A stretch of DNA of 64,000 nucleotides, taken from the NCBI GenBank assembly GCA_002633005.1, contig NMRA01000884.1, positions 46,220-110,219 on the forward strand, written 5' to 3'. The position numbers and the translations under genes are program-made. The DNA is from Phoronis australis (taxonomy: Eukaryota > Animalia > Phoronida). Numbering within the stretch: the first letter of the stretch is position 1; each line of letters opens with the position of its first letter. Below, one piece after another: positions 29,201 to 41,700 of this stretch. Below the pieces are notes generated by a model. The model was not told the DNA's origin. It saw only the letters and a list, made by a program, of their open reading frames with translations, and searched no databases.

Positions 29201-29531
29201 TATGTGTTTAGAAGCATAATTTGTGAATGGCTACTGATCTATCGTGTGGAATGAGAGGGTGAGGTACATCTAGCCAGGTGCCATCAATTAGTTTTTGGAT
29301 TGAGAACTTGTCTATACCTGATGTGTCTAGCACGGTCTCTAAATCATCGTCGATCTGTTTTTCATCTTCACCCGCAAGAATCGGTCTAGTGGTGGGCCGG
29401 CCCGACCTACTTCGAGCCGACACAGCCTTGCTCTTTCGCCCCTCGTCATATACTGACTTCTCGTGTGCTGATGTCTGTCGAGAGTTTACAGTAAGCAGCG
29501 AGGTCTCTGTCTGGAACACATAGTTATCCAT
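17185..29531 (-). CDS. LRRC74: Leucine-rich repeat protein 74-like (RNI-type LRRs plus C-terminal EF-hand pair), 11 coding exons, about 498 aa
   Basis: Exons 29318-29531, 27284-27474, 26005-26112, 25132-25275, 21754-21835, 21220-21305, 20565-20759, 20127-20222, 19064-19321, 17715-17800 and 17185-17221. All introns are GT-AG with compatible phases and the total is 1497 nt, open to TAG. Motifs YLAACKKYGIVP, INMSHYGLGPQGA, IDLSWNEL, LNLAWNGFGNDGA, DQDGSMSVSYDEF and DQDGDGEIDFSE match the LRRC74A/B architecture. Confidence 0.9.
17715..17800 (-). CDS. LRRC74: LRRC74-like coding exon 10 (EF-hand 2)
   Basis: AAKIPMTSSQIEDLIKVLDQDGDGEIDF. Confidence 0.9.
17882..18822. mobile_element. Kolobok-like non-autonomous element with TTAA TSD, in an LRRC74 intron
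   Basis: TTAA|AGTGTACACAACATG at the left and CATGGTGTGTACTGT|TTAA at the right (imperfect TIR). An internal inverted pair gtcatgggttgaac (about 18012) / gttcaacccatgac (about 18647) and an acidic ORF remnant (18352-18618) lie inside. Confidence 0.65.
19064..19321 (-). CDS. LRRC74: LRRC74-like coding exon 9 (EF-hand 1)
   Basis: EMTYGEEF...LVDLFAQIDQDGSMSVSYDEFKDGLK; GTAAGT donor. Confidence 0.92.
20127..20222 (-). CDS. LRRC74: LRRC74-like coding exon 8
   Basis: LGRNVVPEEPAMAVMDLLLQTSEIKLELLDLA; GTATGT donor. Confidence 0.88.
20565..20759 (-). CDS. LRRC74: LRRC74-like coding exon 7
   Basis: DNVGLKSLNLAWNGFGNDGAIAMGVALENNRTLQELDLTCNRI...NDTLQTLR. Confidence 0.92.
21220..21305 (-). CDS. LRRC74: LRRC74-like coding exon 6
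   Basis: AENGNLDSIDLSWNELRGDGALSICLGVK. Confidence 0.9.
21754..21835 (-). CDS. LRRC74: LRRC74-like coding exon 5
   Basis: DHTGLTDVTLSNNCFGSTAGVIFRKLI; phase-1 donor GTTAGT. Confidence 0.88.
22992..23243. mobile_element. hAT5-like MITE
   Basis: Ends CATGCGCGCACCCAG and CTGGGTGGGCCCATG; flanks ATTAG / ATTAA form a near-perfect 5-bp TSD. Confidence 0.55.
23548..24546. repeat. Near-identical duplication of about 235 bp (about 23548-23782 and 24311-24546) across an N at 24310
   Basis: The second copy begins right after the N. The first copy is followed by repeat family X; the second reads CAATTG at the same point. Confidence 0.9.
23783..24309 (+). mobile_element. Interspersed repeat family X, copy 2
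   Basis: Starts AGCGGATTTGCAGCG and matches 13344-13719; truncated by the N gap. Confidence 0.8.
25132..25275 (-). CDS. LRRC74: LRRC74-like coding exon 4
   Basis: NLAENNLHGYGAKVVGQM...KIDISGNNFTDTDAGVISRAIE. Confidence 0.9.
25488..25545 (+). mobile_element. tRNA-derived SINE head
   Basis: tgtagtggtttgagcttcagacttcc...cccGGTTCAAATCttggc shows A- and B-box spacing, but I could not fold a complete cloverleaf. Confidence 0.45.
26005..26112 (-). CDS. LRRC74: LRRC74-like coding exon 3
   Basis: INDRITSLNLKGNDLGSDGVLQICRMMEENTSIVEL; GTAAGC donor. Confidence 0.9.
26201..26353. mobile_element. hAT5-like MITE, 5-bp TSD GCAAC
   Basis: GCAAC|CAGAGACGGATC ... AATCCGCCACTG|GCAAC. Confidence 0.7.
27284..27474 (-). 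CDS. LRRC74: LRRC74-like coding exon 2
   Basis: EKRFSWDPTGERAYLAACKKYGIVPSS...SHYGLGPQGALCISIPLV; TTTCAG acceptor, GTAGGC donor. Confidence 0.9.
27888..28185. mobile_element. hAT5-like MITE, 5-bp TSD ACTCA
   Basis: ACTCA|CATAGGCGGATTTAG ... CAGATCCGCCACTG|ACTCA. Confidence 0.75.
29318..29531 (-). CDS. LRRC74: LRRC74-like coding exon 1
   Basis: MDNYVFQ...DDDLETVLDTS; donor CAG|GTATAG; upstream acceptor TTGCAG at about 29599. Confidence 0.8.
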
Positions 29532-32500
29532 GCTGCCGTTGTACCACCTGATGCTTTTAAGTACTGACTACCATTGCGTTATTTGGTGGTCGCCAGTCCT
29601 GCAATGCACAAGGCATAACATGAAACAGATCAAACGCCATCGTATACAAGATCATAAAGTCTAGATTTTAAAGCTTTATTTTCTAAGACACGTGTCAAGT
29701 GGTGGGCCACTTTTGTTATCATTCATTCCCTCGACATTGCGTTACGCCTTTTTAATATGGTGAATATTATATGATAAAAATTAAAATAATGCGTTATAAT
29801 GATGACGACGACGATGATGATGATGTTTTGTTGATGATGGCTAAACTGTTCATCAAGTAATGTGCTTCTCTATGTGTGTGTTTGTGCGTCAACAGTAGTA
29901 GCGCTAGCTGTGCATAAATAGACGGAAATAAATTATCCATTCCATTCAATGTAAAACGACGTGAACCATGGTCTTATTAGGTTACCGCAAATTGTGACAC
30001 TAACCTTTGAGGGTGTCAACTGGAGCCAGTACGGATCACAGAGGTTAGCGTTAAAGTACACTAATGATTTAATCCGCAGTTGCAGAACCACGTTTGATGT
30101 AATTAATTTTCCCAGGTAGTTAAGAGCACTAGTGTGACCGTTACAGTTTGTCACGAATGTCACGAACGGAGGCATTAAACAACAGTTTAGCAACAGCCGC
30201 GGACACTTTTGCACCGCCAAAAATTAAACGTAAGGGGTAGGTCAGGTTTGGTGGCACTTTTGAGGTCGTAGCATGTAGTCGTAGTTATTCTGGTTTCTTT
30301 GCATTTGTGAACACGTTGGTAATGAGGAAAGATCACCTGTTTGGCTGTACATGCATTTGCTTCAGAGACGATGACCCCTAACTGTTGCATGTGTACATGT
30401 ACATTAATGTGTAGTGACTGAGGAATCGGCCGTCAATTCCTCGTAGCCCTCAAACAAGCCAGAATTGCAAAAAAATCTAGTTCGTTGACAGTACATTTAG
30501 ACCTCATTTTGGAGTCTGTAGGGAATTTGAGTTCAGGATAGACTGATGTCGCTCAACGGCAGAGACGTGGTGGTTTTGGGTTGAAAATGGCAATTTTGTG
30601 GTTTTGTCTGTTCCTTTTTCTAAACCTACCTTGCTTTCCAGCAGGAGCTAAAGATACAAAAATACAAGACAGGAAAAAAAACTTCGGTGGGAGGCCTCAA
30701 CTTCGAATAAAATGTTTGGTGAATGATTATTCCCTGGTAGTTATTTATTTATTTAAGTGAGGGCATCAAACTATAGGGAATACTAATATTGGTATGGCTG
30801 TAATTTATTGTTTCGTGAGTTCAGTCGTACTATATTGATAATAAAACTATTTTTGTTTTTGTTGAGGTGCACTAGTCGGTGTGATTCCCAATGGCAGGCA
30901 ACGGACACACCGGCTGTTAAGCATTTACATCAAAATCGTTGGTGTTACCTCTTGATTTTTTATAGACAAAACGACAGTGTGCGAATTGCCCTCAATGTCT
31001 ACTAAAGGTTTTTTGTTTAGATTAAAATACTTATTTCTGAAACTTCAGGGTTTATTTAGGTCACGCAAATAGAACAGGTAGAAACTCTACCAACATTCGT
31101 CCAGACATCAACCATCTGCTCTATAACTTTCAGAATCGGTGCAAAGATAGACCAATAAAACAAATTATGACTTTACTTAATACTTCGAAGTTCTGCCAAT
31201 GTTTGGTATCTTATCTGCGAAGTGACTTCGAACTGAGACTGCTCGGAAGGGCGGGGACACAAGCAATATCAACTTGCAATATTTACAGAATATCTTAACG
31301 TTACGAAATGTATACTGCTCTTAATTGAAAAGACACAACAATGGAAGTTATGAGGAGGATTTAGTTTCAATGGGTGGAGTGTCCTTATAGCCAACAGTTT
31401 TTAAGTCGGGTCACACTTTGTTTACGAAACGAAATAACAATATCTCTTGAGAAGTGTATTTAGTTAACCATATTCAGACTTTACGCGGGTCTTGAATATA
31501 GGTTTTGTGTATCACAACCACTACCACTTCTACATGGTCACTTTCGAAGCAACGAACCCAGGGAATTGTATCCAGCTTACCTGGGTAGATATAAGGAACT
31601 ATGGCCGGCCATCCAAAAATTACACTGAACATTTCCAACAGCTATAAATTTTAAACGGGATGTCTGTAGGCGCCTTTTTGGGTGAGTGGGCACTGTGTCC
31701 ACCAAAACATCACTGCGTTCTGGTTGAAATCAATCTAAAGTAAATGCGAATATTAGATGTGAATCATATCAATGGAAGCATCTTTTCTTATCGGGAATTC
31801 ATGTCTTAACTTCCATCTATACCCGTTGCAACGTGCCTCATCCATCCTGGAGATTTACTTAAACCCGGTTTATCCGAAATACTGCTAGGCAGGCGACGGA
31901 TCCATCTGGTCGTTATTTCGGCGAGAGCCCATGTAAATCCGTCATCTACCGTAGCAAACCATTTATGAACCCAGACCCTTAGTTTCCTTTTGTCCGCAGT
32001 AGATTTGGCTTGCATTTAAAATTATTTGTTTCATTGATATAATTCTCTTTAATTTTGCAAATTGAATAATCCCACAGAAGCGATGAAGCGCTCAGTGTCG
32101 ACTTTTTCAGGACGAGTTTTCCAACAAAAGTGTAATACCTCCTCAGACTATCCCTATTACACAAGAGTTCGCAACTTTCGCAGATCAAAAACCTGAAAAG
32201 GTCCCAATAGTTTTAGTGCCACGTATTTGTTACGAAAATGTTCCTTTGATAGTACGGCGTCTACTCTGGCACTTTCAAGCTTAACGGGTTAAAATTAAGC
32301 GTTTAGTATTCCTATTTGGACATCCGTAACATGATAGTATGGCATTTAATCATGGTGACATTTTCATGGAAGCCCATACAAATAATTCGCCTTTTTGAAG
32401 GAGACCGCACTCCACATGGTCGGGCGTTCTTTATTCAGCAAAATCCTCTTCCAAAAAAGTCGTAGTCAAGTAAGTCGGTCTGAGTAATTTTAGCAAACGT

Positions 32501-35377
32501 TTAATTTCTTGCTGAATGACAGGCATGGCTAAAACGGCCAGTTGTCAACGCACCGAAAGCCAATAGGTTGCACGAGTATAAAAGCGAGGTTACTCACATC
32601 AAAATAGTTAAAATCACACACTGAGCCTGATCACCGAAGTGCACCGACATCCACCAGGTTTGCACAAGTTCCATAGGCTAAGTACCCCCAGTGCCGCATA
32701 AAACTACAGTACTCTCGACCCGTATCTTAGCGACATTGTGAGCTAACCGGTCGTCACGGAGTGAGCCACCGGGATACTTATACCGAAGCAACGTGGGTCA
32801 TTATGGAAGTGAAATAGATGTAGCCCAAGGTTAATAGCACGTCTAATCTACTGCTTCCTTTCATGCTGCGCAAGCGACAATAATATATTGGAAAACATAG
32901 TAGATGTTCACTCAGGCATAGAAAAATCTAAATCAATTTGTACGTGATTAATGCCATACACAGTGTGTCTAATCACCCTGTATGCGTGTCCGTCTCAATA
33001 AATCGAATACTAGAGGGACCGTCTCGTCGCTAGACTTAGGATCAAGCGAATTAATAATCATGTGAACAGACTAATAGTCAAATCTCATATCAAACACATT
33101 GCCATGAATGATTGATCGCTTACAGTTCATAAACTAATCCGTAAAACTTATGTGTGATAAAACATTCCATTACACTTCTTAATCGTGGGTGTTAATTCTG
33201 AGAGAAACGGGAGAATAGCGAGTATGGGAATCAACAAGAAACCACGGAGTACAAGATATACTTAAATATACACTTAAATATACCACATACACGGCTTCCA
33301 GTTAAACCAGTAACAGTGCCAAATTTGTCCTAATGATTTCGTATTGGTACTGCAAGCCTTTCAGCCGACAAGCCCAGCTGATTCAAAGTGTCAAAAAGCG
33401 CGACATACCTGCTTCACCCAATATGGTTCGCGGTGGGGGACCTTACCGGCAACAAAATGAATAACCTAGTCTCGCGTTTCTGAACATGAACTTATAAACT
33501 TAATTTAAACGAGTGCTGTTTTACCTCGCAGTATCCCACAGCGACCATATACGTGTAGACCGATGCTTGCGGTTCGCGTTTCTTACAATAAGGCCCTTAT
33601 TACACTATACAGATTTCATAAACACTCGTTAATATATGGAAAACACGAATATAATAGACCTCTATTTTGCTTCATAAGTATTGTATACAGTTATTACAAT
33701 CAACGAACAATACAATCTTGTAAGCAAGGCTCGATAGAGAATGTGGAATTCCAAAGAAATAACCACCCAGTAAAAGAGAGGTCGAGTTGTTTTGAAAGCT
33801 CAAAGCTATAAAGTAAACCAAACAGCATTTGTTTGTGATAGGTCGTTTACAATACACTTCATGTGTACCTACTTATTTACAGGCGGGTTACGTGTCCAAT
33901 GGACTCTGACTGATTCGAAATTAGGAGATTTCTACCGCCATCTATTGTCAGCAATACCTCCACAACAGGTTTGACGCATCTTCAACAGTTTAGCCTACAT
34001 TCGTCCCTAGAGCACTTCAAAAATGCCTTTAAATCAAAAATACTAGCTTCAGTCGACGAAGATACATATTTTCAAAATCAACCCAGTCACAAAATTACGC
34101 CCACGAAATAAATTGTTCGGAATTTCAGAGTCTTGAACATACATGTATGTTTGCAATCGTGCTTTGGCTGAAAGGGTATCTGATTCATACCAGTACTGCT
34201 GATCACGCTTTTTTTTCTTTTCAAGTATATGTCAAACACAAGTAGGGACATGACATTTACATGCAGTGGTATCACGTTAACATTAAATCGACATAATTTA
34301 ATATATTCTGAAAAGACGAAACCCTGTGTTAGATTTGTCTGTACATGCATGTAGCGGTGTATGGACTGGATAATCAATTAGCACAAATTGTTGGGCGGAG
34401 ATTTAGATGGTGTTCAACAGTTTTGGTTATTTGAGCTTGGAGAACCAGTTCCATTCACAATCAATTTTCGATTTCTTTTCACCAGGGTGTACAAAACCTG
34501 ACAATATAAATTATACATGTAGGTCAACAGACTGTAAAATATGACTCTCGATGAAGTTTGTAATAGTTTTACCACTTAGGACTTAACTGGAAGTGCAAGA
34601 GGCTATTTAGAAAAAAAGGAGCAAAATACAAAGAATATGCAGTCATCAACTACGTGTATGCGGTCTAACAGACAGCTACAGAAGCACAGAACCTACATGT
34701 ATCTGTTAATAGTGCAATTTTCGTAATGGTGCTCTCTAACGAGAGCGCGAAAGCGACATCCTCTTGATCGCTGCATAGATTCGGTGGACAGAAATGCAGT
34801 TACTACATGTACACAGTGGCTCATTAATTTAAAAGCAGAGGAATGAATGTTACAGCCAACTCCTCAGATTGTGTAAATAGCCTGTTATGTTCATAATTTT
34901 TTAGCTTTTTCACATTCAAGTTGGCTGAGGTGGAAATTCTCTCGCTTTATTAGTAACAGCCCGACTGACTTCACAGTCCTGGAATCCGACGTCTTCGCAA
35001 CAGGAAACAAGATGTACCTTCATCCATGGATATATCACGATGGTCCCTTTTCCGGCCGGTAAGCCAATAGTAAACCTTATTACACCGCAGCGGACGTTTT
35101 TCAACTTCATGAAAGCAATTAGAAGTTAAACTTAGGTAAATATCGTCAGATTCCTAAACAGCAAAGTACATTACATGATTTTTTTACGTGCTTGAAATAG
35201 TTCTCTAAGATAAATTCGGACAGTTAGTTCTACAGGGTGTCCCAAATAGTCTCACAATGCACTATGCAACATTTGTTGACTTCCAGACAAAGTTAGTGGT
35301 TTAAATTAAAAAACAGGAGCTCAAAATGAATTAAGTCTTTGAATCAAATTACATTACATGCACTTACCATTCTCCTG

Positions 35378-35778
35378 GGCCCGGTCTCCAATCTTTTTAC
35401 TCGAAATAGAACTCGAAATTAGGTTTGGTATTTTGTACTCTACTTTTGGGCGAACTGAAGATAAGTGTCTATTATTCTATGCTCGAGTACACAATAACTT
35501 ACGTAGATAATTTATTGCCCTTAGTTCACAGTTTGTAAACCCAATATTAAAGCAATAAGTTAGAATTTGAACTCGAAATTTCGAGTTTTTACTCGAGTTT
35601 GTAGCACGAATACAAGGGTCTTCAAGGGCAAACTTGAACTAGAAACTCCTATGCATAAACTATAATGTATTCGAGCACTGTCTTATAACCAATTATCTTA
35701 AGTTCGCACAAAAGGAGCAGAGAAATTGCCAAAAATAGTTTCGAGTTCGTTTGGAGTACAAAGATTAGAGACCGGGCC
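35378..35778 (+). mobile_element. 401-bp PIF/Harbinger-type MITE, copy 1
   Basis: CTG|GGCCCGGTCTCCAATCTTT ... AAAGATTAGAGACCGGGCC|CTG; CWG TSD, GGC termini and multiple internal aactcga motifs. Confidence 0.85.
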
Positions 35779-38700
35779 CTGGAGTGTAAAAATCAAGAAA
35801 TTTCCGCTATCACGAACTAATATAGAATCACGCTCCATTAAACTTGTCCAGTAAGCCTTTTGAGTTGGTACGCAATACTGTTGTTAAGCTGGTCAGAGTC
35901 ACACAAAGGAATCAACAGGTCTAATTTCCCTGAAAGTCAACCCTTTTTCTCCATTCGAAGATTTTGGTAAAAATATTTCAAGTACAAACACATCTGCTTC
36001 ACGCCATTTGTTGAGAGTCGTTTGAAAATATTAATTTTAAATATTGGTTAGAGTTTGGCGCGCTGTTATAACATAATTGCTGGATTACGTGAGCTTATCA
36101 CATGGGAGAAGACAATGAGAGAGCTGAACTTTGTAAACATCGGTTTGCCACTGTCAAACTGATAACGGCACGGCTGTATCCCGACTGGCGGACCAGTCAA
36201 TCGGGCGGGATACTCATTCCAAAGCGCGGGTGCGTAACCAAACGCTTTGGTCATTAACTTGGGAAGACGGGTTGTCTTTGCTCTCCTTGATGATCCAGGA
36301 TTGTTACCAATACAATTTAGTTTTCAATAACCGAGTCGTTTGTTCGTCATTCCCGTGCACACACAGCACGTGATGGCTCGCGTACCCACTTTCAAAACAA
36401 GATGAAGGCCGGGCACAGAATCTGGTCCACGGTTACTGAATTTGAACCCTCGACGTTGAACTGCATGATCTTGAGTACATTTTGGAACAACCTTACTGTA
36501 TGTATCATTTGTTTCCCAGTTAATGCAGAATCTAGGCAGTCGTCAATTTTGAAACTGCCCCAAAGGTAACGTATCAGTGACTCCGTAAGCTCACCAGTTC
36601 AAAATATACCTTTAAAACATGACCCTGATATTGTGGACTTTTTCCAAACTGGACCGTTACTAAAATGAAACCTGACCTTAGTTCAGCACAGACGGACAGG
36701 TACGAGCTGAGTTGCTTCACTCGGGTGAATCATGGCTGAGTAGTTCAGCTGCTAACTAAAAAAGAGCGCTACAACGTTGCCGACATCTGGAGAATGGGAC
36801 TGGCGATAGGATTCGAAGAGGAGGAAGGGCAAAATTTTGGCGAAGTCTATTTGGTTTGTGCCCCCCAACAGATAATTTTACCTTCCCAAGGGCATGCATA
36901 GGGTAGTTATCGTGCTCGTCAAACCAAAAATTCAGGCACGTACCCCCAACAATTTACAGGAGGCAATGAAAGCAAAATATAACAATGCACTAGACCCAGG
37001 CGCAGAATCTGACCCATACACTGTATGGAAACTGAATTTGAACTCCCGGAGTTGTACTGAAGTGTAGGCACATTTTGGGACACCCTGTTGGGTTGTGCAT
37101 CGGCTGACAGCAGTCTGCACCGACTGATATATGTGTGCGCAAAGAAGTGGTACGGAAAACCAATCAAAATACAGAATTTTGCGCTAGTACCCAAATTCCC
37201 AATTCTATATTAATGAATTGGCCATAAACAAATGCTATATGTAGTGGTACAACTCGAATCGCTAACATAGTGTGAGTCTATGGTGTCTGCAATTTCTACT
37301 AAACAGGCGGGTGAATTACGCCCTATTGATTACTGATTATGATGGAAGGAGGAGCCTTGGTTGAGGGCGAAAGCCAAAAATTAGTGTTCAAAGCACTGAC
37401 CATAGTCATTACTGACACGACCAAAAAGACGTCGCTGATTTTTAGCCCTTTTCACGGCCTCTAGACCAATCAGCTGGTTCACTTTGTAATCCAGCCAGTA
37501 CACTGTACGGCTAGTATGCGGGGTGTTACGGTATTTTGTCACTAATGGCCAATGATACTTTTGGGTACAATTTACCCATTCTCAGTTTTTTTTTCAGCTT
37601 CGGTTCCTGTCTGTGCTGGATAATTCTACTATTGCGGCAACACTTTTTCAGGGTGTTCCATCCGAACAGGAACCAGGGTGTTAAAGAGAAATCCCAGCGT
37701 GGAATACAGACTCTCGAACCTTCATAACTGCAAACCAGCTCTAAAAACACAAACATCTAATCAAAATTTGTCGATTATACAGCTTTTAACTGGCAGAAGA
37801 CTGGACGGTCTTTTACACCGTTTTGTTACTTAACTTGTACACGCACACTGGGTACGGGCGGTGAAAACCGAAGGGGGTTAGCTTTCACGTCATGTTGAAC
37901 TTGGTGGTCATTTTTTACAAACGGCTCGAACAAAGTCTGAATAGGTTGTTTTAACGCGAACCACTGCATACGGATGTTTTCGGTGACTTCCGCCAAATTT
38001 TGGTCCGCTCAGGTAGAATATTAATAGTTACAGCCGCACAAATTGCGATGCATTGCTGTGAGTGCAAGACCACTGTCATCGCCCCTGCTTAGCAAGCCTA
38101 CATCCTTGCTTGAGGAATGTCATATTTGTTAGGTGTGCAATTGTGAAACTGGATTCCACTGTTCTACGCGCGCCATTTTCATAGTGGCAACAAGAATTTT
38201 TCTATGCTTATGTGGTCACGTCTCCTGTAATTTTCACACATACAGTGTACATGTATTCCTTAGGCGGCACTCCCGCTGTTTGCCGGATAATATATTTAGA
38301 AGGGCGCAATGAATACACTAGCTAGGGAATATACGACTAATATATTTACCTAGAATAAACCATTGCTCTAGTTATGGGCATTTCTAAAAACACACACCTA
38401 CACTACCGCTAGGTTCTACATTAACAGGTTGTCAGTAGTACAACTGTACATTCAAGCAAAAACTCAAAAAATTAACATTCACAATCTGGCTTGCAAACAA
38501 TCCTGACCTTTCCTATATGAATTTACTGGATTTACCAAGCTTACTGGCAGTACAGTGACTCAAGAGGAAGTATTCCCTGAAAGTCAGATGTACATGTATA
38601 ATATCTTTGGTTTCCTAAATCTGCTTTGAGGAGATTATGTGATAACACCTTTGTTTGCACCAATAATTATGTCTCTCAGTGGCCGTCGCCATCTGTAACA

Positions 38701-41700
38701 CGGTTCTTAGAAGAGAGCGAGCGTGGTGTATTGTACACATCCAAGACCGTCAGCTGAGGTGTGGTAGTTAGCGTACTTGACTGGCAATTTAAAGGTATCC
38801 AGTTTAGTCTCAGTTTGCTGAAAGATAATGTAAAACTGCTTAGCATCTGATGAGTGTACCATACACCAGTGCCCGTTCTTCTAAGAACGTTGAAATGCAT
38901 GAGGATGACCGTAGAAATTACCGAAAATGCGTGTTAGTGCCGGAGACCACACGGAAGAAGGGAACATCTATTAGGGAGCATAGGGACGGGGTAAATGTAG
39001 ACCGGGTAACAACAGTTTGGACTCCGACGTGAACTCGTGACGCGTGACCTATGCGGCCATGAGCTGTACACGTACGTGTGCAGGAAGATCAGCACTTGAG
39101 CCCTCCATCCCCAATCGGCACAATGTTTTATAACAGCAGATTGGCAATCCACATTAACAGACAGGCAATTAATTATAAACTGACAACCTGCAATGACAAA
39201 TTAGCAATACCTAATTACAGAAAGGCAATCCGTAGCAACAGATACGCATTTTAATTCTTCTTGGCACTTATAGGCCGTCGTAACAAAGTATACAAGTTAT
39301 AGTTAAAATCTATAATGGAACACACATGTCCTTTTAGTCGCTCAGGTTATCCTAGTGTATTTTGATTTACTGGCGTGTTGCTGTACATTTTGTGAACACT
39401 AAAATTTTGTCCTAAACTTTTGCGCATTTCAAAATGGGGTACAAAATAGGAGGGCTGTTACTGTGTTTTCACGTTGTTGCGCCATGACTGGCTGAACTTA
39501 TTACTGGTTGACATTTCGAAACTACCCACTGTCGACGTGTTTTGTGTGACAAAACCACCTTTGAACAGTATATAAAACGACCTCTTAACCAGGTCGACAC
39601 TGCATGTTAACGATCACTGCTCAACTCTTATTGAACAGCCAGCGATGAACACATTATTGCTGCTTTTTGGACGGTGCCGCGTCGTTAGCGATGTCGGGTC
39701 TCAGTTGGAGACAATAAGAGGTAAGTACTGATATACATGTACACTGTCATAGGAGGTCGTTTGCGGTAGATTGTCGAAGCCGAACAATTTTAAATTATGG
39801 TAAGAACAATCAGGACATTCATTGTTCATAACGGTCTAAAACGTCTCCACCAAATATGGAGGATATAATTAATTGACCATAAGTTATAACGTATTCCTTT
39901 CTTTTGGCTCGCAGCACCCGGGAATCACTGAAAGGTCTTGGGGTTTTAAAAGGCACTGTTCACCCAGATAGACATCAAGCAGACTTAGACTTCATCGAAT
40001 TCATTACATGTTCGCCATCTCCCTTTTTTGGTTTCATAGAAACTGACGGAAACATGTTGCTAAGTTACAGGATCATTTTAGAAAATTACGCGTTTCTATG
40101 AAATCTAACTACCACAACTTGCACGAGGTGACGACATATTGTTACCAATGAGACAATGAATGGCCGTTTAGGACATCACGTTGATAATTATTCTTTCCAA
40201 ACCAATGTAGCAGCTCATGAATATCAATTAGCTTTATTTCTGAAACGAGGCTTGAACAACATGAAAGAGTGCACCCGTACCAAGCGCTAGCACCAAGAGT
40301 TGGTTCATGCACCACGTCAGCCGATTAAAAAGAATTTCTCTATGAATAAGTGTGTATATTGAGAAAATATAGTTTATTGTTGTGTTCTTTCTTGGTGATT
40401 CGTATTCCTATTCGTATTTCAACAGTGAACGGTGAAAGGTTGTCGCTAACTTCCGAGACTATATCTTTCTTACGATCATTGCTCCTTATCTCGTTATCTA
40501 TTGTGGAATCATAAAACGGGTGTCGCAGAAAGTGTTATTGTGTTTGGCATCATTTAGTTTAGTCATCGTATTTCGTGACTTTCTGTTGTTGTCTACCACC
40601 ACTTTCCCCGCAAGCAGAAGATGAGTAATACTTCCTATTCCTAGAACCGTTTGTTTGTGAGAATACTGCACCCCTTATTACTTTGTTTTATTTGATTGGT
40701 TAATTCGTGTTTTTCTAGTCTCTGTATATATCACTTTCACTTATATTACATGAAGTAGCTTCAGTAGCTTTACCAGTTTTAATGAGTTCATTGGCTGTTG
40801 TTTCTCCGCATTTAGAGTTGTTCCTACGTATGTAACCTTTGCAGTCTTCAATATACTCGTCAAGACTCATCCTTGTTCTGTTCCAACGAACCACCTCGTA
40901 CACAGCCCAACCGCATTTTCCCGTGTACCCCACAACAAGTGGGTGTAAGCATTTTTCCTTCCAACAATATAATGTATTTTTATCCTTGATCTGTATACTA
41001 GGAATCGCTCTAAAAAACCGTTCATTCCACTTAAGTTCTGATTTGAGGCCATCCCAACACGAAACTTAAATAAACTATAACGCTGTAAGAACGCCCGGTT
41101 CGAAACGTTTTGTAACTTGTATTCACTTTGTCATGTGTTACGGACAATAAAGAAGTTCAGTCATAAAAGCCATGTATTTGAACCAGTTTCCGCTTGTCAA
41201 ACAAGCTTGAGAACGCACTGGTCTTGAAATATGCTTACTAAGGGTTTCCGATAAAGTGGACATCTCCAAAATCTTTCGGAAAAGGATGAGGAAGCAGCCT
41301 CTACAGCGTGTTGTGGGAACATACGAAGAATTCATGATCGTCTTCGGCGGCTTGTTGGAGATTTCCGCTTTCTAACAAAGCAGCATGAGGCATCACGGAC
41401 AACTTTGTCGAGGAGAAGTGACTAGTTATTCACGATAGCTACATGTACATGTAGCTCACTTCAGCTGAAACATTACACGAAATGGTAACCAGTGACGCGT
41501 TGTGCACAAACCTGCTGAAATAACCTTGGTAAGGGAAGGCTGAAGCATCAGCTACAGTGTTATTCTTCAGAGTTCCTGGCTTTGTAGTTTGGATGCTCAG
41601 TCCGGTCTTCTGGACAGTCTGCGGTTTGCCGCAATGACGCTGTCGTGCCCAACAAATTTACTTTGAGCTCTTCTGGACTGGACCATGTCTGACACCTTAG

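Noticed and set aside
34916-35110. ORF containing IVIYPWMKVH, resembling a Hox hexapeptide (YPWMK)
   Set aside because: I found no homeobox exon (WFQNRR) downstream on the minus strand and the rest of the ORF is not Hox-like; most likely chance.
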